Positions 8,383 to 17,373 of a stretch of DNA of 37,935 nt are shown here, one piece after another (the stretch's first letter is position 1; every line of letters begins with the position of its first letter). The position numbers were made by a program, and so were the translations under genes. This stretch comes from an uncultured Dehalococcoidales bacterium (GTDB lineage Bacteria; Chloroflexota; Dehalococcoidia; GIF9; AB-539-J10), in contig CAZQML010000220.1 in NCBI GenBank assembly GCA_964594245.1, positions 1 through 37,935 on the forward strand, given 5' to 3'. Under the pieces are notes generated by a model. That model saw nothing but the letters and a program-made list of their open reading frames with translations, had not been told where the DNA came from and ran no database searches.

Positions 8383-9726
8383 CTATCCAAGAATGCCGAG
8401 GAATACGCCTCCGGCTATGGCGGCCCCGATTGCCCCTGCCACATTGGGGCCCATCGCGTGCATCAGCAGGAAGTTCCTGGGGTTCTCCTTCTGGCCCATG
8501 ACCTGTACGACCCGCGCGGACATTGGCACTGCGGACACACCCGCCGCGCCAATCATCGGATTTATCTTCTCTTTGGAGAACGCGTTCATGAGTTTCGCCA
8601 GTAGTATGCCGGCCGCGGCTGCGCTCGAAAACGCCACGACGCCGAGCACCAGAATGAGGAGCGTGCGTGGCTGCAGGAAGTTCTCTGCCGGCATGCTGGC
8701 GCCAATCGCAAGGGTAAGGAAGATAGTGAGCATGTCCACGAGTGTTGTCTGTGCCGTGTTGCTCAGGCGTTCGACGACCCCGGACTCGCGGAAGAGGTTG
8801 CCCACCATGAAGCAGCCGATTAGTGGAGCCGAAGAGGGGACGAAGAGGATAACCACCACTGTTGTGATGATGGGGAAGAGGGTCTTCTCGATTCTGCTCA
8901 CGGGTCGCATCTGCGGCTTCATGTAGATACGGCGCTCCTCCCTGGTCGTGAGCAGGCGTATCACGGGCGGCAGTATTACGGGTACCAGTGCCATGTACGA
9001 GTAGCAGGCAACGGCCGTCGCACCTATGATGTGAGGCGCGAGCACAGAGGTCACGTATATCGTGGTTGGGCCCTCCGCGCCACCTATGATACCTATCGAG
9101 CACGCCTCTGGAATGCTGAAACCCGCCAGGAGAGCGAGGAAGAACGCGAAATAGACGCCGAACTGAGCGGCTGCTCCCAGTAGGAGAGTCTTCGGATTCG
9201 CGAGCATCGGCCCGAAGTCCGTGAGGGCACCCAGGCACAAGAACATGAGTGGTGGCAGTATCTGCCACATCACCCCGTACTTGAAGATCCTGGATAGCAG
9301 GCCGATGGGAGTAGTGGGATACTCCTCCTGGTCCGTCTGTTCCTGGGTGAGGAGCCGGGCCACGACGTCGCCCTCTTTCACTTGGTCGCCGGCGGCGACC
9401 ATATACGTGTCCACGCGGCCGAACACAGGGCTCACGATTTCACCTGAGTCCAGAGTGATGAGAACGGCCTCCCTGCCGAATCGTGAGCCCTCCACGGTCT
9501 CAATGCTGACAACGGTGCCCGTTGTGGGCGCCTTGAGCTGCATTTCGTAGTCCATCATGCCGCCAAGGGGGAGGTTGACCAGCAGCATGCCGAATCCGAT
9601 GGGGACGAGCAGCAGGGGCTCCATCTTCTTCGCAATCGCCAGGTAGATGAGGAGCCCTGCTATCAGCAGCATCACGGCGTTGCCCCAGTAGAAGTGCTGA
9701 AACCCGCTTTCTAGTAATCCGAACAA
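8383..9726 (-). CDS. mmdB: Na+-translocating decarboxylase beta subunit (OadB/MmdB/GcdB family) with an inserted loop domain
   Basis: 447 aa. Conserved blocks are LAIAKKMEPLLLVPIGFG, GALTDFGPMLANPKTLLLGAAAQFG, IGIIGGAEGPT, NLFRESGVVERL, NPMIGAAGVSAVPMSARV and LLMHAMGPNVAG. Confidence 0.9.
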   Translation of the reverse strand: MFGLLESGFQHFYWGNAVMLLIAGLLIYLAIAKKMEPLLLVPIGFGMLLVNLPLGGMMDYEMQLKAPTTGTVVSIETVEGSRFGREAVLITLDSGEIVSPVFGRVDTYMVAAGDQVKEGDVVARLLTQEQTDQEEYPTTPIGLLSRIFKYGVMWQILPPLMFLCLGALTDFGPMLANPKTLLLGAAAQFGVYFAFFLALLAGFSIPEACSIGIIGGAEGPTTIYVTSVLAPHIIGATAVACYSYMALVPVILPPVIRLLTTREERRIYMKPQMRPVSRIEKTLFPIITTVVVILFVPSSAPLIGCFMVGNLFRESGVVERLSNTAQTTLVDMLTIFLTLAIGASMPAENFLQPRTLLILVLGVVAFSSAAAAGILLAKLMNAFSKEKINPMIGAAGVSAVPMSARVVQVMGQKENPRNFLLMHAMGPNVAGAIGAAIAGGVFLGILG

Positions 9727-9780
9727 CTCGGGTCCTCCGTGTGTGCAGTGGATGAAGAAGAGGATTGCATCGGAATCTGC

Positions 9781-9921
9781 CTACTCCTTGGGCTTGTCTG
9801 CGGAGAAACGCAGAATGAGTCGCGACACGACATAGACAAGTCCGGACAGCAGTGCAAGGAGAATGAACACCAAGCCGAATCCACCTGCAGCAATTCGGAC
9901 GGCGAAATCCCAGTCAGTCAT
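9781..9921 (-). CDS. Small single-TM subunit, OadG/MmdD-like (46 aa)
   Basis: ATG 9921 has GGGAG upstream. The product MTDWDFAVRIAAGGFGLVFILLALLSGLVYVVSRLILRFSADKPKE has one TM helix. It lies immediately upstream of the beta subunit, as OadG-type genes do. Confidence 0.45.
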   Translation of the reverse strand: MTDWDFAVRIAAGGFGLVFILLALLSGLVYVVSRLILRFSADKPKE

Positions 9922-10017
9922 GTGTGCTGCTCCCGACAGTGGAATCCGTGAGGTTCTCAGGTGGGAGGAGTTTCCACAACACGGCTTCTCGACCCTGCCA
10001 CCCAATCGGGGTTGAGT

Positions 10018-10026
10018 ATTCTAGCA
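10018..10026 (-). promoter_or_regulatory. Candidate extended -10 promoter for the decarboxylase operon
   Basis: The minus strand reads TGCTAGAAT (TGn + TAGAAT) about 95 nt upstream of the OadG-like start. No good -35 element. Confidence 0.3.
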
Positions 10027-10040
10027 TGCCGACATCCTCA

Positions 10041-10514
10041 CTACGAATGGTCGTCATCCATAGAGACCGCCCTGACGGCATGTGCGACCGTACCGTAGTC
10101 GAAGCCGCGGCTTGAGAGGTATCTCGAGAGGCGGCGGATGAAGGACGCCCTGTCCAGTCCCTTCAGCGCGCTCGCGCGTCGTTCGGCGATAGCCAGAGCC
10201 AGGGGTTCGTCGTCGACGTCACTGGTGACGTCGTTGGCAATCTCCTCAGCGACCCCCTTGTCTGTTAGTTCTTTGACGATCAGACGCCGGGCGCGCGGTC
10301 TGAACTCCATGCGGCTCTCGGTCCATGCTCTGGCGAAGGCCCTGTCATCGATGAATCCACGTGCGGTCAGGGTCTGTAGTGCCTCTTCAACAGGGACCTC
10401 TCCGAAGCCCGCCGACCGGAGGTGTCGTCGGATCTCTGCGCGACTCCGTGGGCGATGCTCCAGCAATCGATAGGCTCTCGCGAGGGCCTGCTGAACGTCG
10501 GGTTGAGGACCCAT
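10041..10514 (-). CDS. recX: Recombination regulator RecX
   Basis: 157 aa of helical-repeat protein (..ALARAYRLLEHRPRSRAEIRRHL...) directly downstream of recA. Confidence 0.85.
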   Translation of the reverse strand: MGPQPDVQQALARAYRLLEHRPRSRAEIRRHLRSAGFGEVPVEEALQTLTARGFIDDRAFARAWTESRMEFRPRARRLIVKELTDKGVAEEIANDVTSDVDDEPLALAIAERRASALKGLDRASFIRRLSRYLSSRGFDYGTVAHAVRAVSMDDDHS

Positions 10515-10540
10515 CGGCGGTCGCCTTCACTCTTGGAGGG

Positions 10541-11575
10541 TCATTCGGTTTCGTCGCTCAGGGGCACAGTCTTCGCAGGAGCATGAAGCGGCTCCGCGGC
10601 CGCGCGTATTTCCTGCTCAAGCCGCGATGCAACCTCAGGATTCTGCCTGAGGAAATCGCGGGCATTCTCTCTTCCCTGGCCCAGCTTGTGCTCTTCATAC
10701 GTCAGGAACGAGCCGGCCTTCTTGACGAGGCCTGAGTTGACCCCGAGGTCCAGCAGATCCCCCTCCTTGCTGATGCCCTGGTTGAAGAGAATGTCGAACT
10801 CGGCGGTCCGAAATGGAGGGGCCACCTTGTTCTTGACCACTCGTGCCCTCACGCGCGCGCCCACTACCTCGGAGCCGCGCTTCAGCGTGTCTCCTCTGCG
10901 CAGGTCGATGCGGACCGAGCTGTAGAACTTGAGGGCGCGTCCTCCGGGCGTCACCTCTGGATTGCCGAAGATGATGCCCACCTTCTCCCGCAGCTGGTTG
11001 ATGAAGACGACGGATGTCCTGGAGCGGTTAATGGCGGCGGTCAGCTTTCGAAGTGCCTGAGACATGAGCCGTGCCTGCAAACCTACGTGCGAGTCGCCCA
11101 TGTCTCCCTCAATCTCCGCCTTGGGGACCAGGGCAGCCACACTGTCAATGACGATGACGTCAACGCCGGAACTCCTGACAAGCTGCTCGGCAATCTCAAG
11201 CGCCTGCTCGCCGGTGTCCGGCTGAGATATGTAGAGGTCATCGACGTTGACGCCGCACGATGCGGCGTATTGAGGATCAAGCGCGTGCTCGGCATCTATG
11301 TAGACGGCCTGACCGCCTGCCTTCTGGGCCTCCGCGATGATGTGTTGCGCAAGCGTTGTCTTGCCGGAGGACTCTGAGCCGAATATCTCCGTCACCCTTC
11401 CCCTGGGGATACCGCCGACGCCGAGGGCCAGGTCTAGCGAGAGAGAACCGGTGGAGATGACTCCTATGTCCTGCCTGGCTGCCATCTCACCCAGCCTCAT
11501 CAGCGACCCTTTGCCGAACTGACGTTCGATTTGCTCGATGGCGAGTTCCACAGCCTTCTCTCTGTCAGTAGCCAT
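10541..11575 (-). CDS. recA: Recombinase RecA
   Basis: 344 aa with [15 protein letters not shown], the Walker A motif [11 protein letters not shown], and [47 protein letters not shown] Shine-Dalgarno upstream. Confidence 0.97.
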   Translation of the reverse strand: MATDREKAVELAIEQIERQFGKGSLMRLGEMAARQDIGVISTGSLSLDLALGVGGIPRGRVTEIFGSESSGKTTLAQHIIAEAQKAGGQAVYIDAEHALDPQYAASCGVNVDDLYISQPDTGEQALEIAEQLVRSSGVDVIVIDSVAALVPKAEIEGDMGDSHVGLQARLMSQALRKLTAAINRSRTSVVFINQLREKVGIIFGNPEVTPGGRALKFYSSVRIDLRRGDTLKRGSEVVGARVRARVVKNKVAPPFRTAEFDILFNQGISKEGDLLDLGVNSGLVKKAGSFLTYEEHKLGQGRENARDFLRQNPEVASRLEQEIRAAAEPLHAPAKTVPLSDETE

Positions 11576-11632
11576 TTTGTCTTCTTGCTCCCTCCTGCGT
11601 TCCGCCGTGCTGCCGCAGGTTGCGGTGGTTTC

Positions 11633-12574
11633 CTATCTGTGCCGGACCTCCTTGCCCACCTTCCACACATGCTCGTCCTCTGGACCGTGAACGTCGCCGC
11701 GTGCCCCGCCTCCCTTGCGCCCCTGCCACACCGGCTTCCTCTTCTCGAGGAACGCGTTCTGTCCCTCGTTCCCGTCACGCGTCAGCGACTGCATGGTGAT
11801 AAGCTCCGTGCCGTATCGAAACGCGTGGCGCTCATCCATGTCCTGAATGTAGTAGAAGAACTGCTTCTCCCATCGTACTACCAGTGGCGCATGTGAGGCG
11901 ATGAGATGGGCCATCTCCCAGGCCTGGCTGTCCACTTCGCCATCAGCATGGACGTAGTTCGCGAGTCCTGACTCTCGGGCCCACTCTGCGGAGTGCGGCC
12001 TTGCGGTCAGCAGGAGCTCGAACATCCTCTTGCGATGAAGCGACTTGTAGGCGCCCACTGTAGGTGTGAAGCACCCGAATCCGACGCCTCCACCGGGCAA
12101 GAAGAAACTCGCAGTGTCTGAGGCGAGCACGATGTCACAATGTCCTGCAAGGGCAACACCGAATGCGCAGCAATTCCCGCGGACGACACCGATGATTGGC
12201 ACCGTGGAACTGGTCATAGCCTGGAGAAGCTTCGGGGGTTCTTCGAAGTACCAGCGCTGCGTGACAAGGTCCTTGTTCGTGAATGCGTTGAAATCGCCAC
12301 CGGTACACCAGTTCTCTCCCGATGGCCGCAGAATGGCACAGCTCATCTCGTCGTTTTCTTCCACCAGCCGCAGTGCATCAATAGTCTCTTCCATCAGGGT
12401 AACGCTGAGGGCATTCTGCACTTCCGGCCTGTTGAGCGTGATTATCGCCACGTGGCTCTGAGTATCCCATTCGAGGACGATGTCGTTGTAGTCGCGGGGT
12501 ACTGCGAACGTCGGCACATATGGCGGATATGTTCCTGAGGATTGCAGTCTCACCACGCCGGGCTTGTAGTCCAT
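11633..12574 (-). CDS. Enoyl-CoA hydratase/isomerase (crotonase) family protein
   Basis: 313 aa with a crotonase-fold pattern (VAIITLNRPEVQNAL.., ..CTGGDF.., ..FLEKRKPVW) and a ~30-aa basic/Gly-rich C-terminal extension. GGAGGAG Shine-Dalgarno upstream. Confidence 0.75.
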   Translation of the reverse strand: MDYKPGVVRLQSSGTYPPYVPTFAVPRDYNDIVLEWDTQSHVAIITLNRPEVQNALSVTLMEETIDALRLVEENDEMSCAILRPSGENWCTGGDFNAFTNKDLVTQRWYFEEPPKLLQAMTSSTVPIIGVVRGNCCAFGVALAGHCDIVLASDTASFFLPGGGVGFGCFTPTVGAYKSLHRKRMFELLLTARPHSAEWARESGLANYVHADGEVDSQAWEMAHLIASHAPLVVRWEKQFFYYIQDMDERHAFRYGTELITMQSLTRDGNEGQNAFLEKRKPVWQGRKGGGARGDVHGPEDEHVWKVGKEVRHR

Positions 12575-12626
12575 GCTTCGTTCTCCTCCGTGTTGTATCC
12601 GGTGCCGGGGGTAAAACCATTATACA

Positions 12627-13382
12627 TCACCCTCTTCTGACGGTAGACGGGTGCTCTGAGTCGTTTCGCCGTTCAACGCGGGCCCAAATCAGCGTTGCCG
12701 CGTACGTCGTGGCGCCAAGTAGTCCTGTCATGATGCCGGCCAGCATGAAAGTGTCCTGCCAGAAGCCCAGCGGGAAGAGCATTACGAGGTAGTCTCTATA
12801 GGGGTCAAGCAGCCAGAAGGGGTTGTCGAACGCCACGAGGTGAAAGCCTACGAACATCCAGTCGAAGTCGGCGGCGAAGAGAATGGCAGCGACCAACAAA
12901 GCCAGAAGGGTCGCCGTGGCTCCGCGCCTGAGCCCGGCAAGAACATCCGTCCTCCAAGTGCGGCACCGGCTCGCATAGGCGGCAGAGAGCAGAACGAAGA
13001 CGAACAGCAGGGATAGCGATTGAAGGCACGAATTGAGTGCGAATAGCCGCTTGACGTCTGTGAGGTGCACGAGTTCGTAGTCGTGGAACAGGGGGAATGA
13101 CACACCGTCGTTTGTGGTGACCTCCATCTGAGGGCTGTCGTGGGTCGAGTTGAAGTAGCCGGTCAGGCGGTGGGCAATGCTGGTCAGTTGAGCCTCGTCC
13201 AGGCGCGTTGTGGCGCTGATTTCGTATTCCTTGAAACCGTGCTCATAGAGGCCCGGGCTGTTCATCTCCAGCCTGACGGCGGTGCTGAGGAAGAGAAGCG
13301 GGAGCAGGCACACGAGGAGTGGTTTGGAGAAGCGGCGGACAAGGCCGGATGGTGTGCGGCCTGCCTGCTCACCGGGGGTCAT
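12627..13382 (-). CDS. Integral membrane protein, DUF1461/TIGR01906 (Lit-like) family (assignment tentative)
   Basis: 251 aa with about 5 TM segments. It begins with an N-terminal TM, then NSPGLYEHGFKEYEISATT..LDEAQL..YF, and has a late FDNPFWLLDP...LFPLGFW block that I recall from DUF1461 proteins. Confidence 0.5.
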   Translation of the reverse strand: MTPGEQAGRTPSGLVRRFSKPLLVCLLPLLFLSTAVRLEMNSPGLYEHGFKEYEISATTRLDEAQLTSIAHRLTGYFNSTHDSPQMEVTTNDGVSFPLFHDYELVHLTDVKRLFALNSCLQSLSLLFVFVLLSAAYASRCRTWRTDVLAGLRRGATATLLALLVAAILFAADFDWMFVGFHLVAFDNPFWLLDPYRDYLVMLFPLGFWQDTFMLAGIMTGLLGATTYAATLIWARVERRNDSEHPSTVRRG

Positions 13383-13391
13383 CTGACCCCA

Positions 13392-13400
13392 TGCTATAAT
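13392..13400 (+). promoter_or_regulatory. Extended -10 promoter implying leaderless dnaE mRNA
   Basis: TGCTATAAT at 13392-13400. The dnaE ATG (13408) lies 7 nt after the -10 hexamer. There is no Shine-Dalgarno, and only 25 bp separate it from the divergent gene. Confidence 0.45.
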
Positions 13401-13407
13401 CGGCGCG

Positions 13408-16400
13408 ATGGCTGCGGCCTTCGTTCATCTTCATGTCCACACCGAGTACAGCCTTCTTGATGGGATGTGCCGCATCCCGACGCTCATCTCCCGTGCGAAA
13501 GAATCCGGCATGGAGGCCATCGCCATTACGGACCACGGGAACATGTACGGAGCCATTGACTTCTACCTGGCTGCCCGGGCCGCCGGGCTGAAACCCATTA
13601 TCGGCTGCGAAGTCTACGTGGCGCCGACAAGCCGCACAAGCCACGAGGCGGGGGACAGGAGTCCGTACCACCTGACACTGCTGGCGAAAGACAGGCAAGG
13701 GTACCATAACCTGCTGCAACTGGTCACCAAGGCGCACACAGAGGGCTTCTACTACAAGCCACGCGTTGACCGAGAGCTGCTGTTCGAGTACCGCGAGGGG
13801 CTGATTGCACTCTCAGGCTGTGCGAACGGGGAGATTGTAAGGCTCATTACAGAGAACCGCATGGCCGACGCTGAGGCCGCGGCGTTGTGGTACCGGGATG
13901 TCTTCCCGGACTACCACATTGAGCTACAGAGATTCCCCATCCCGGAGCTGGAGCAGGCGAACCCCGAGTTGATTGCCCTCTCGCGCAAGCTGAATATCCC
14001 TCTCGTCGCAACGTTCGATGTCCATTACGTGGACAAGGCCGACGCTGAGGCACATGATCTCCTGCTCTGCGTCCAGACGAACGCGTGCGTCCATGACGAG
14101 AAGCGACTGAGGATGGCCGGGGACTACTTCTATCTGCGTACCCCGGACGAGGTGTTGGAGACCTACGCGGACCTGCCTGAGGCTGTTGAGAACAGCGTCC
14201 GAATCGCGGAGCAGTGCGACGTTGAATTGGACTTCAATGAGTTGCATCTTCCCGAAGTCGCCTTGCCTGAGGGTGTCTCGGCCGATGAATACCTGGCTTC
14301 GCTCTGCTGGGAAGGCCTCGGTCAGCGTTATGCCCAGCCTACAGAGGAGCAGAAGGAGAGACTCCGGCACGAACTTGACGTCATTCTGAAGACGCAGTTC
14401 GCGCACTACTTCCTCGTTGTATGGGACATCATCTCGTACGCCAAGCGAAGCGGTGTCTACTATGGGGTGCGCGGGAGTGCCGCTGCCAGCCTGGTCTTGT
14501 ACTGCGTGAATATCACGGACATAGACCCTCTGGAGCACGGGCTCGTGTTCGAGCGCTTTCTCAACATCGAGCGCCGTGAGATGCCGGATATCGACCTCGA
14601 TTTTCAGGATGACCGCCGGGACGAGATGCTGGCGTACGTCAACGCGAAATACGGCACTGATCATGTCGCGCAGATCATCACGTTCGGCACGATGGGGGCG
14701 AGGGGGGCGATACGTGATGCCGGTCGCGCACTCGGCCTGCCCTATAGCCAGGTTGACAGTGCAGCGCGACTGATTCCGCAGGAGTTGACGATAAACCTCG
14801 AGCGGGCTCTTGCGGAAAGCCCCGAGTTGAAGCGGCTCTACGACGATGATGACGACGTCCGGCGCCTTGTCGACTCCGCGCGCAAGCTTGAGGGGCTTGT
14901 GCGGCATGCCAGCACTCATGCCGCGGGAGTGGTCATCTCTCGCGACCCGCTCGTTCGCTATGCGCCGCTTCAGCCTGTCGGCAAGAGTGGCCAGCAGGGC
15001 ATGATGACGCAGTACAACATGTGGAACATCGCCAAGCTCGGACTGCTGAAGATGGACTTCCTCGGATTGTCGAATCTGAGCATACTGGCTAAGGCCAGAG
15101 ACACGATATTCCAGAGATATGGGGTCTCAATTGAATTCGAACGCCTTCCCCTCGACGACGCGAAGACGTTCGCGTTGCTGGCCTCAGGCGAGACGCGAGA
15201 CATATTCCAGCTCGAAAGCAAGGGTATGCGGCGGCACCTCCAGGAGCTCAGGCCCTCCGTATTCGCCGATATCTCCGCCATGGTTGCCCTCTATCGGCCC
15301 GGCCCGATGGAGCAGATAGACACGTTTGTAAGGGCGAAGCAGGGCATTGCCCCAGTCAGCTATCCGCATCCCGCGCTGGAGATGATACTGCACGAGACGT
15401 ACGGCGTCATCGTGTATCAGGAACAGGTGATGTTCATCGCGCGCACTCTGGCCGGATATTCGATGGGGCAGGCGGACATCTTCCGCAAGGCCATGGGAAA
15501 GAAGATCCCTGAGGTGATGAAGCAGGAAGAGGAGACTTTTGTCGCCGGTGCTGTGGAAAACGGGATCGACTCCGGTCTTGCCCGAGAGATATTCGCCCTG
15601 ATAGAGCCTTTCGCGGGATACGCCTTCAACAAGGCGCACAGCGTCAGCTATGCACTCCTGGCCTATCGAGGTGCCTACCTGAAGGCCAACTACCCCATAG
15701 AGTATTTCACGGCATTCCTCAATTCGTACTCGGATAACCCGGACAAAGTCTGTCTTGCGGTGGAAGAGTGCCGCAAGGCGGGCATCAGGATTCTGCCTCC
15801 GGATGTGAACCACAGCTCGCCCGGCTTCGAAATCGAAGAAACGGACGGCGGTCCGGCAATCAGGTTCGGCCTTGCATCGGTGAAGAACGTCGGCCTTGCT
15901 CCGGTCGAGGCAATCGCGGTTGCCCGCAACGAAGGAGGCCAATTCGCCTCTATTGAGGATTTCTGCAGGCGAGTTGGCACGCGCGGGGTCAACAAGAAGG
16001 GCATGGAGAGCCTCATCCGAGTTGGCACGTTTGACTGTCTTGGCTCCAGGGCCGGACTCCTGGCATCCGCCGATCGCATCGTCGCGCTGGCGCAGGCGGA
16101 GCAGCGCAGTCGTGACACGGGGCAGACTTCGATGTTTGGGTGGGCGGAGACCCCGGTGGGACTTGACGTGCGTGTCGACAGCGGAGCGCCTGATGTGCCC
16201 GCCAAGGACAAGATAGCCTGGGAAAAGGAACTCACAGGAGTGTACTTCTCTCCGCACCCAATCGAGAGCATCGCCGCGGAGCTGGCGGATATCGTTTCCG
16301 GGCCCTGTGGAGAGCTGGGTCATGAACTCGTGGGTAAAGAAGTAGTCGTTGCGGGCATGGTTGTCTCCGTCAGGCAATCCTTCACCCGGGAGGGACGGCC

Positions 16401-16854
16401 GTTTGTCGTCGCGGAACTTGAAGACATGTCGGGCAGTATCGAGGTCACCGTCTGGCCCAGGGTTCACGAGAGTACTAAGGGGCTCTGGAACGAAGGAGCC
16501 GTGATTGTCGTGAAAGGACAGCTCAGAAGTCGTGAGGGCCAGCTCCAGATAGGCTGCCAGACTGCTCAGCGCTATGTACAGCCCAATGGCGCCACGCGCC
16601 GCCGCGCCAAGCCACGCGCGCTGGTCGTGGAGGTGAAGGAGACGAATGATGCTGAGGCGGACATCGTCCTTCTCTCGAAGCTTGTCGACCTGCTGAAGGG
16701 CCACCCTGGCGAGAGTCCTGTCTCCCTCGTTGTCGAGACTGCGGGTGGCTCCAAGACTGAACTCGAGATGCCGGATCTACGCGTCTCGTTCGGCCCCGAC
16801 TTGGAGCGCGAACTGGAGACTGTGCTAGCCGGCGCCTGTTTCAGGCTAGGCTGA
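13408..16854 (+). CDS. dnaE: DNA polymerase III alpha subunit
   Basis: 1148 aa with a PHP domain (FVHLHVHTEYSLLDG), palm/fingers blocks (..FERFLNIERREMPDIDLDF.., ..HAAGVVIS.., ..GLLKMDFLGL..) and a C-terminal OB fold. Confidence 0.97.
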   Translation: MAAAFVHLHVHTEYSLLDGMCRIPTLISRAKESGMEAIAITDHGNMYGAIDFYLAARAAGLKPIIGCEVYVAPTSRTSHEAGDRSPYHLTLLAKDRQGYHNLLQLVTKAHTEGFYYKPRVDRELLFEYREGLIALSGCANGEIVRLITENRMADAEAAALWYRDVFPDYHIELQRFPIPELEQANPELIALSRKLNIPLVATFDVHYVDKADAEAHDLLLCVQTNACVHDEKRLRMAGDYFYLRTPDEVLETYADLPEAVENSVRIAEQCDVELDFNELHLPEVALPEGVSADEYLASLCWEGLGQRYAQPTEEQKERLRHELDVILKTQFAHYFLVVWDIISYAKRSGVYYGVRGSAAASLVLYCVNITDIDPLEHGLVFERFLNIERREMPDIDLDFQDDRRDEMLAYVNAKYGTDHVAQIITFGTMGARGAIRDAGRALGLPYSQVDSAARLIPQELTINLERALAESPELKRLYDDDDDVRRLVDSARKLEGLVRHASTHAAGVVISRDPLVRYAPLQPVGKSGQQGMMTQYNMWNIAKLGLLKMDFLGLSNLSILAKARDTIFQRYGVSIEFERLPLDDAKTFALLASGETRDIFQLESKGMRRHLQELRPSVFADISAMVALYRPGPMEQIDTFVRAKQGIAPVSYPHPALEMILHETYGVIVYQEQVMFIARTLAGYSMGQADIFRKAMGKKIPEVMKQEEETFVAGAVENGIDSGLAREIFALIEPFAGYAFNKAHSVSYALLAYRGAYLKANYPIEYFTAFLNSYSDNPDKVCLAVEECRKAGIRILPPDVNHSSPGFEIEETDGGPAIRFGLASVKNVGLAPVEAIAVARNEGGQFASIEDFCRRVGTRGVNKKGMESLIRVGTFDCLGSRAGLLASADRIVALAQAEQRSRDTGQTSMFGWAETPVGLDVRVDSGAPDVPAKDKIAWEKELTGVYFSPHPIESIAAELADIVSGPCGELGHELVGKEVVVAGMVVSVRQSFTREGRPFVVAELEDMSGSIEVTVWPRVHESTKGLWNEGAVIVVKGQLRSREGQLQIGCQTAQRYVQPNGATRRRAKPRALVVEVKETNDAEADIVLLSKLVDLLKGHPGESPVSLVVETAGGSKTELEMPDLRVSFGPDLERELETVLAGACFRLG

Positions 16855-17367
16855 CGCGCGGTCTTGACCACGCTCCAGTGATAGAAGCCGCTCCTTCAGC
16901 CCGAGCCCTCCCCCGAAGCCAGTGAGACTTGAATCGGCGCCTATCACCCTGTGACACGGCACGATGACGGGTACAGGATTCCTGTGGAGAGCCTGGCCGA
17001 CCGCCCGATAGGCCATCGGCTGCCCGATTGCAGCGGCGACCGAGGCATAGCTCCTTGTCTCGCCGTAGGGAATCCAGCGAGTTGCCTCCCAGACACGGGT
17101 ACGAAAGGGTGTCCATGCGCTCGTGTCGACCTCATCGGAGAACTCGACCCGGTCGCCCGCCATGTAGCGAACGAGGCGTTCGGGCAATGTGCCGAGACTG
17201 CCCGGGGCTACCTCCCGCAGTTCGCTCGCCGGCAGTCCCGCCTTCTCTCGTAAAGCGGCCACGCACGACGAGCGGGAAGGGCGTGGGAGAGCAACACGCG
17301 ATACACCCACATCGGTGCGGGACACTGCCATCCAGCCAAGTGCAGTGCGGAAGACCGAGTACTCCAA
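16846..17367 (-). CDS. ogt: Methylated-DNA--protein-cysteine methyltransferase
   Basis: 173 aa with the active-site motif IVPCHRVIG and the helix-turn-helix block YGETRSYASVAAAIG. Its 3' end overlaps the dnaE 3' end by 9 nt (convergent). Confidence 0.9.
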   Translation of the reverse strand: MEYSVFRTALGWMAVSRTDVGVSRVALPRPSRSSCVAALREKAGLPASELREVAPGSLGTLPERLVRYMAGDRVEFSDEVDTSAWTPFRTRVWEATRWIPYGETRSYASVAAAIGQPMAYRAVGQALHRNPVPVIVPCHRVIGADSSLTGFGGGLGLKERLLSLERGQDRASA

Positions 17368-17373
17368 AGCCTT

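Noticed and set aside
8342-9268. 194-aa (+) and 307-aa (-) ORFs inside the decarboxylase beta-subunit gene
   Set aside because: They are alternative-frame or antisense ORFs. Only the 447-aa frame carries the conserved OadB/MmdB blocks.
11576-11632. SOS (LexA) box upstream of recA
   Set aside because: By eye I found no CTGT-N8-ACAG or GAAC-N4-GTTC type palindrome in the short recA leader. recA may be co-transcribed with the upstream crotonase gene.
13924-16704. 331-aa and 506-aa ORFs on the - strand
   Set aside because: Both are antisense to dnaE, whose translation carries unmistakable Pol III alpha motifs. The antisense products have no motifs and a biased composition.
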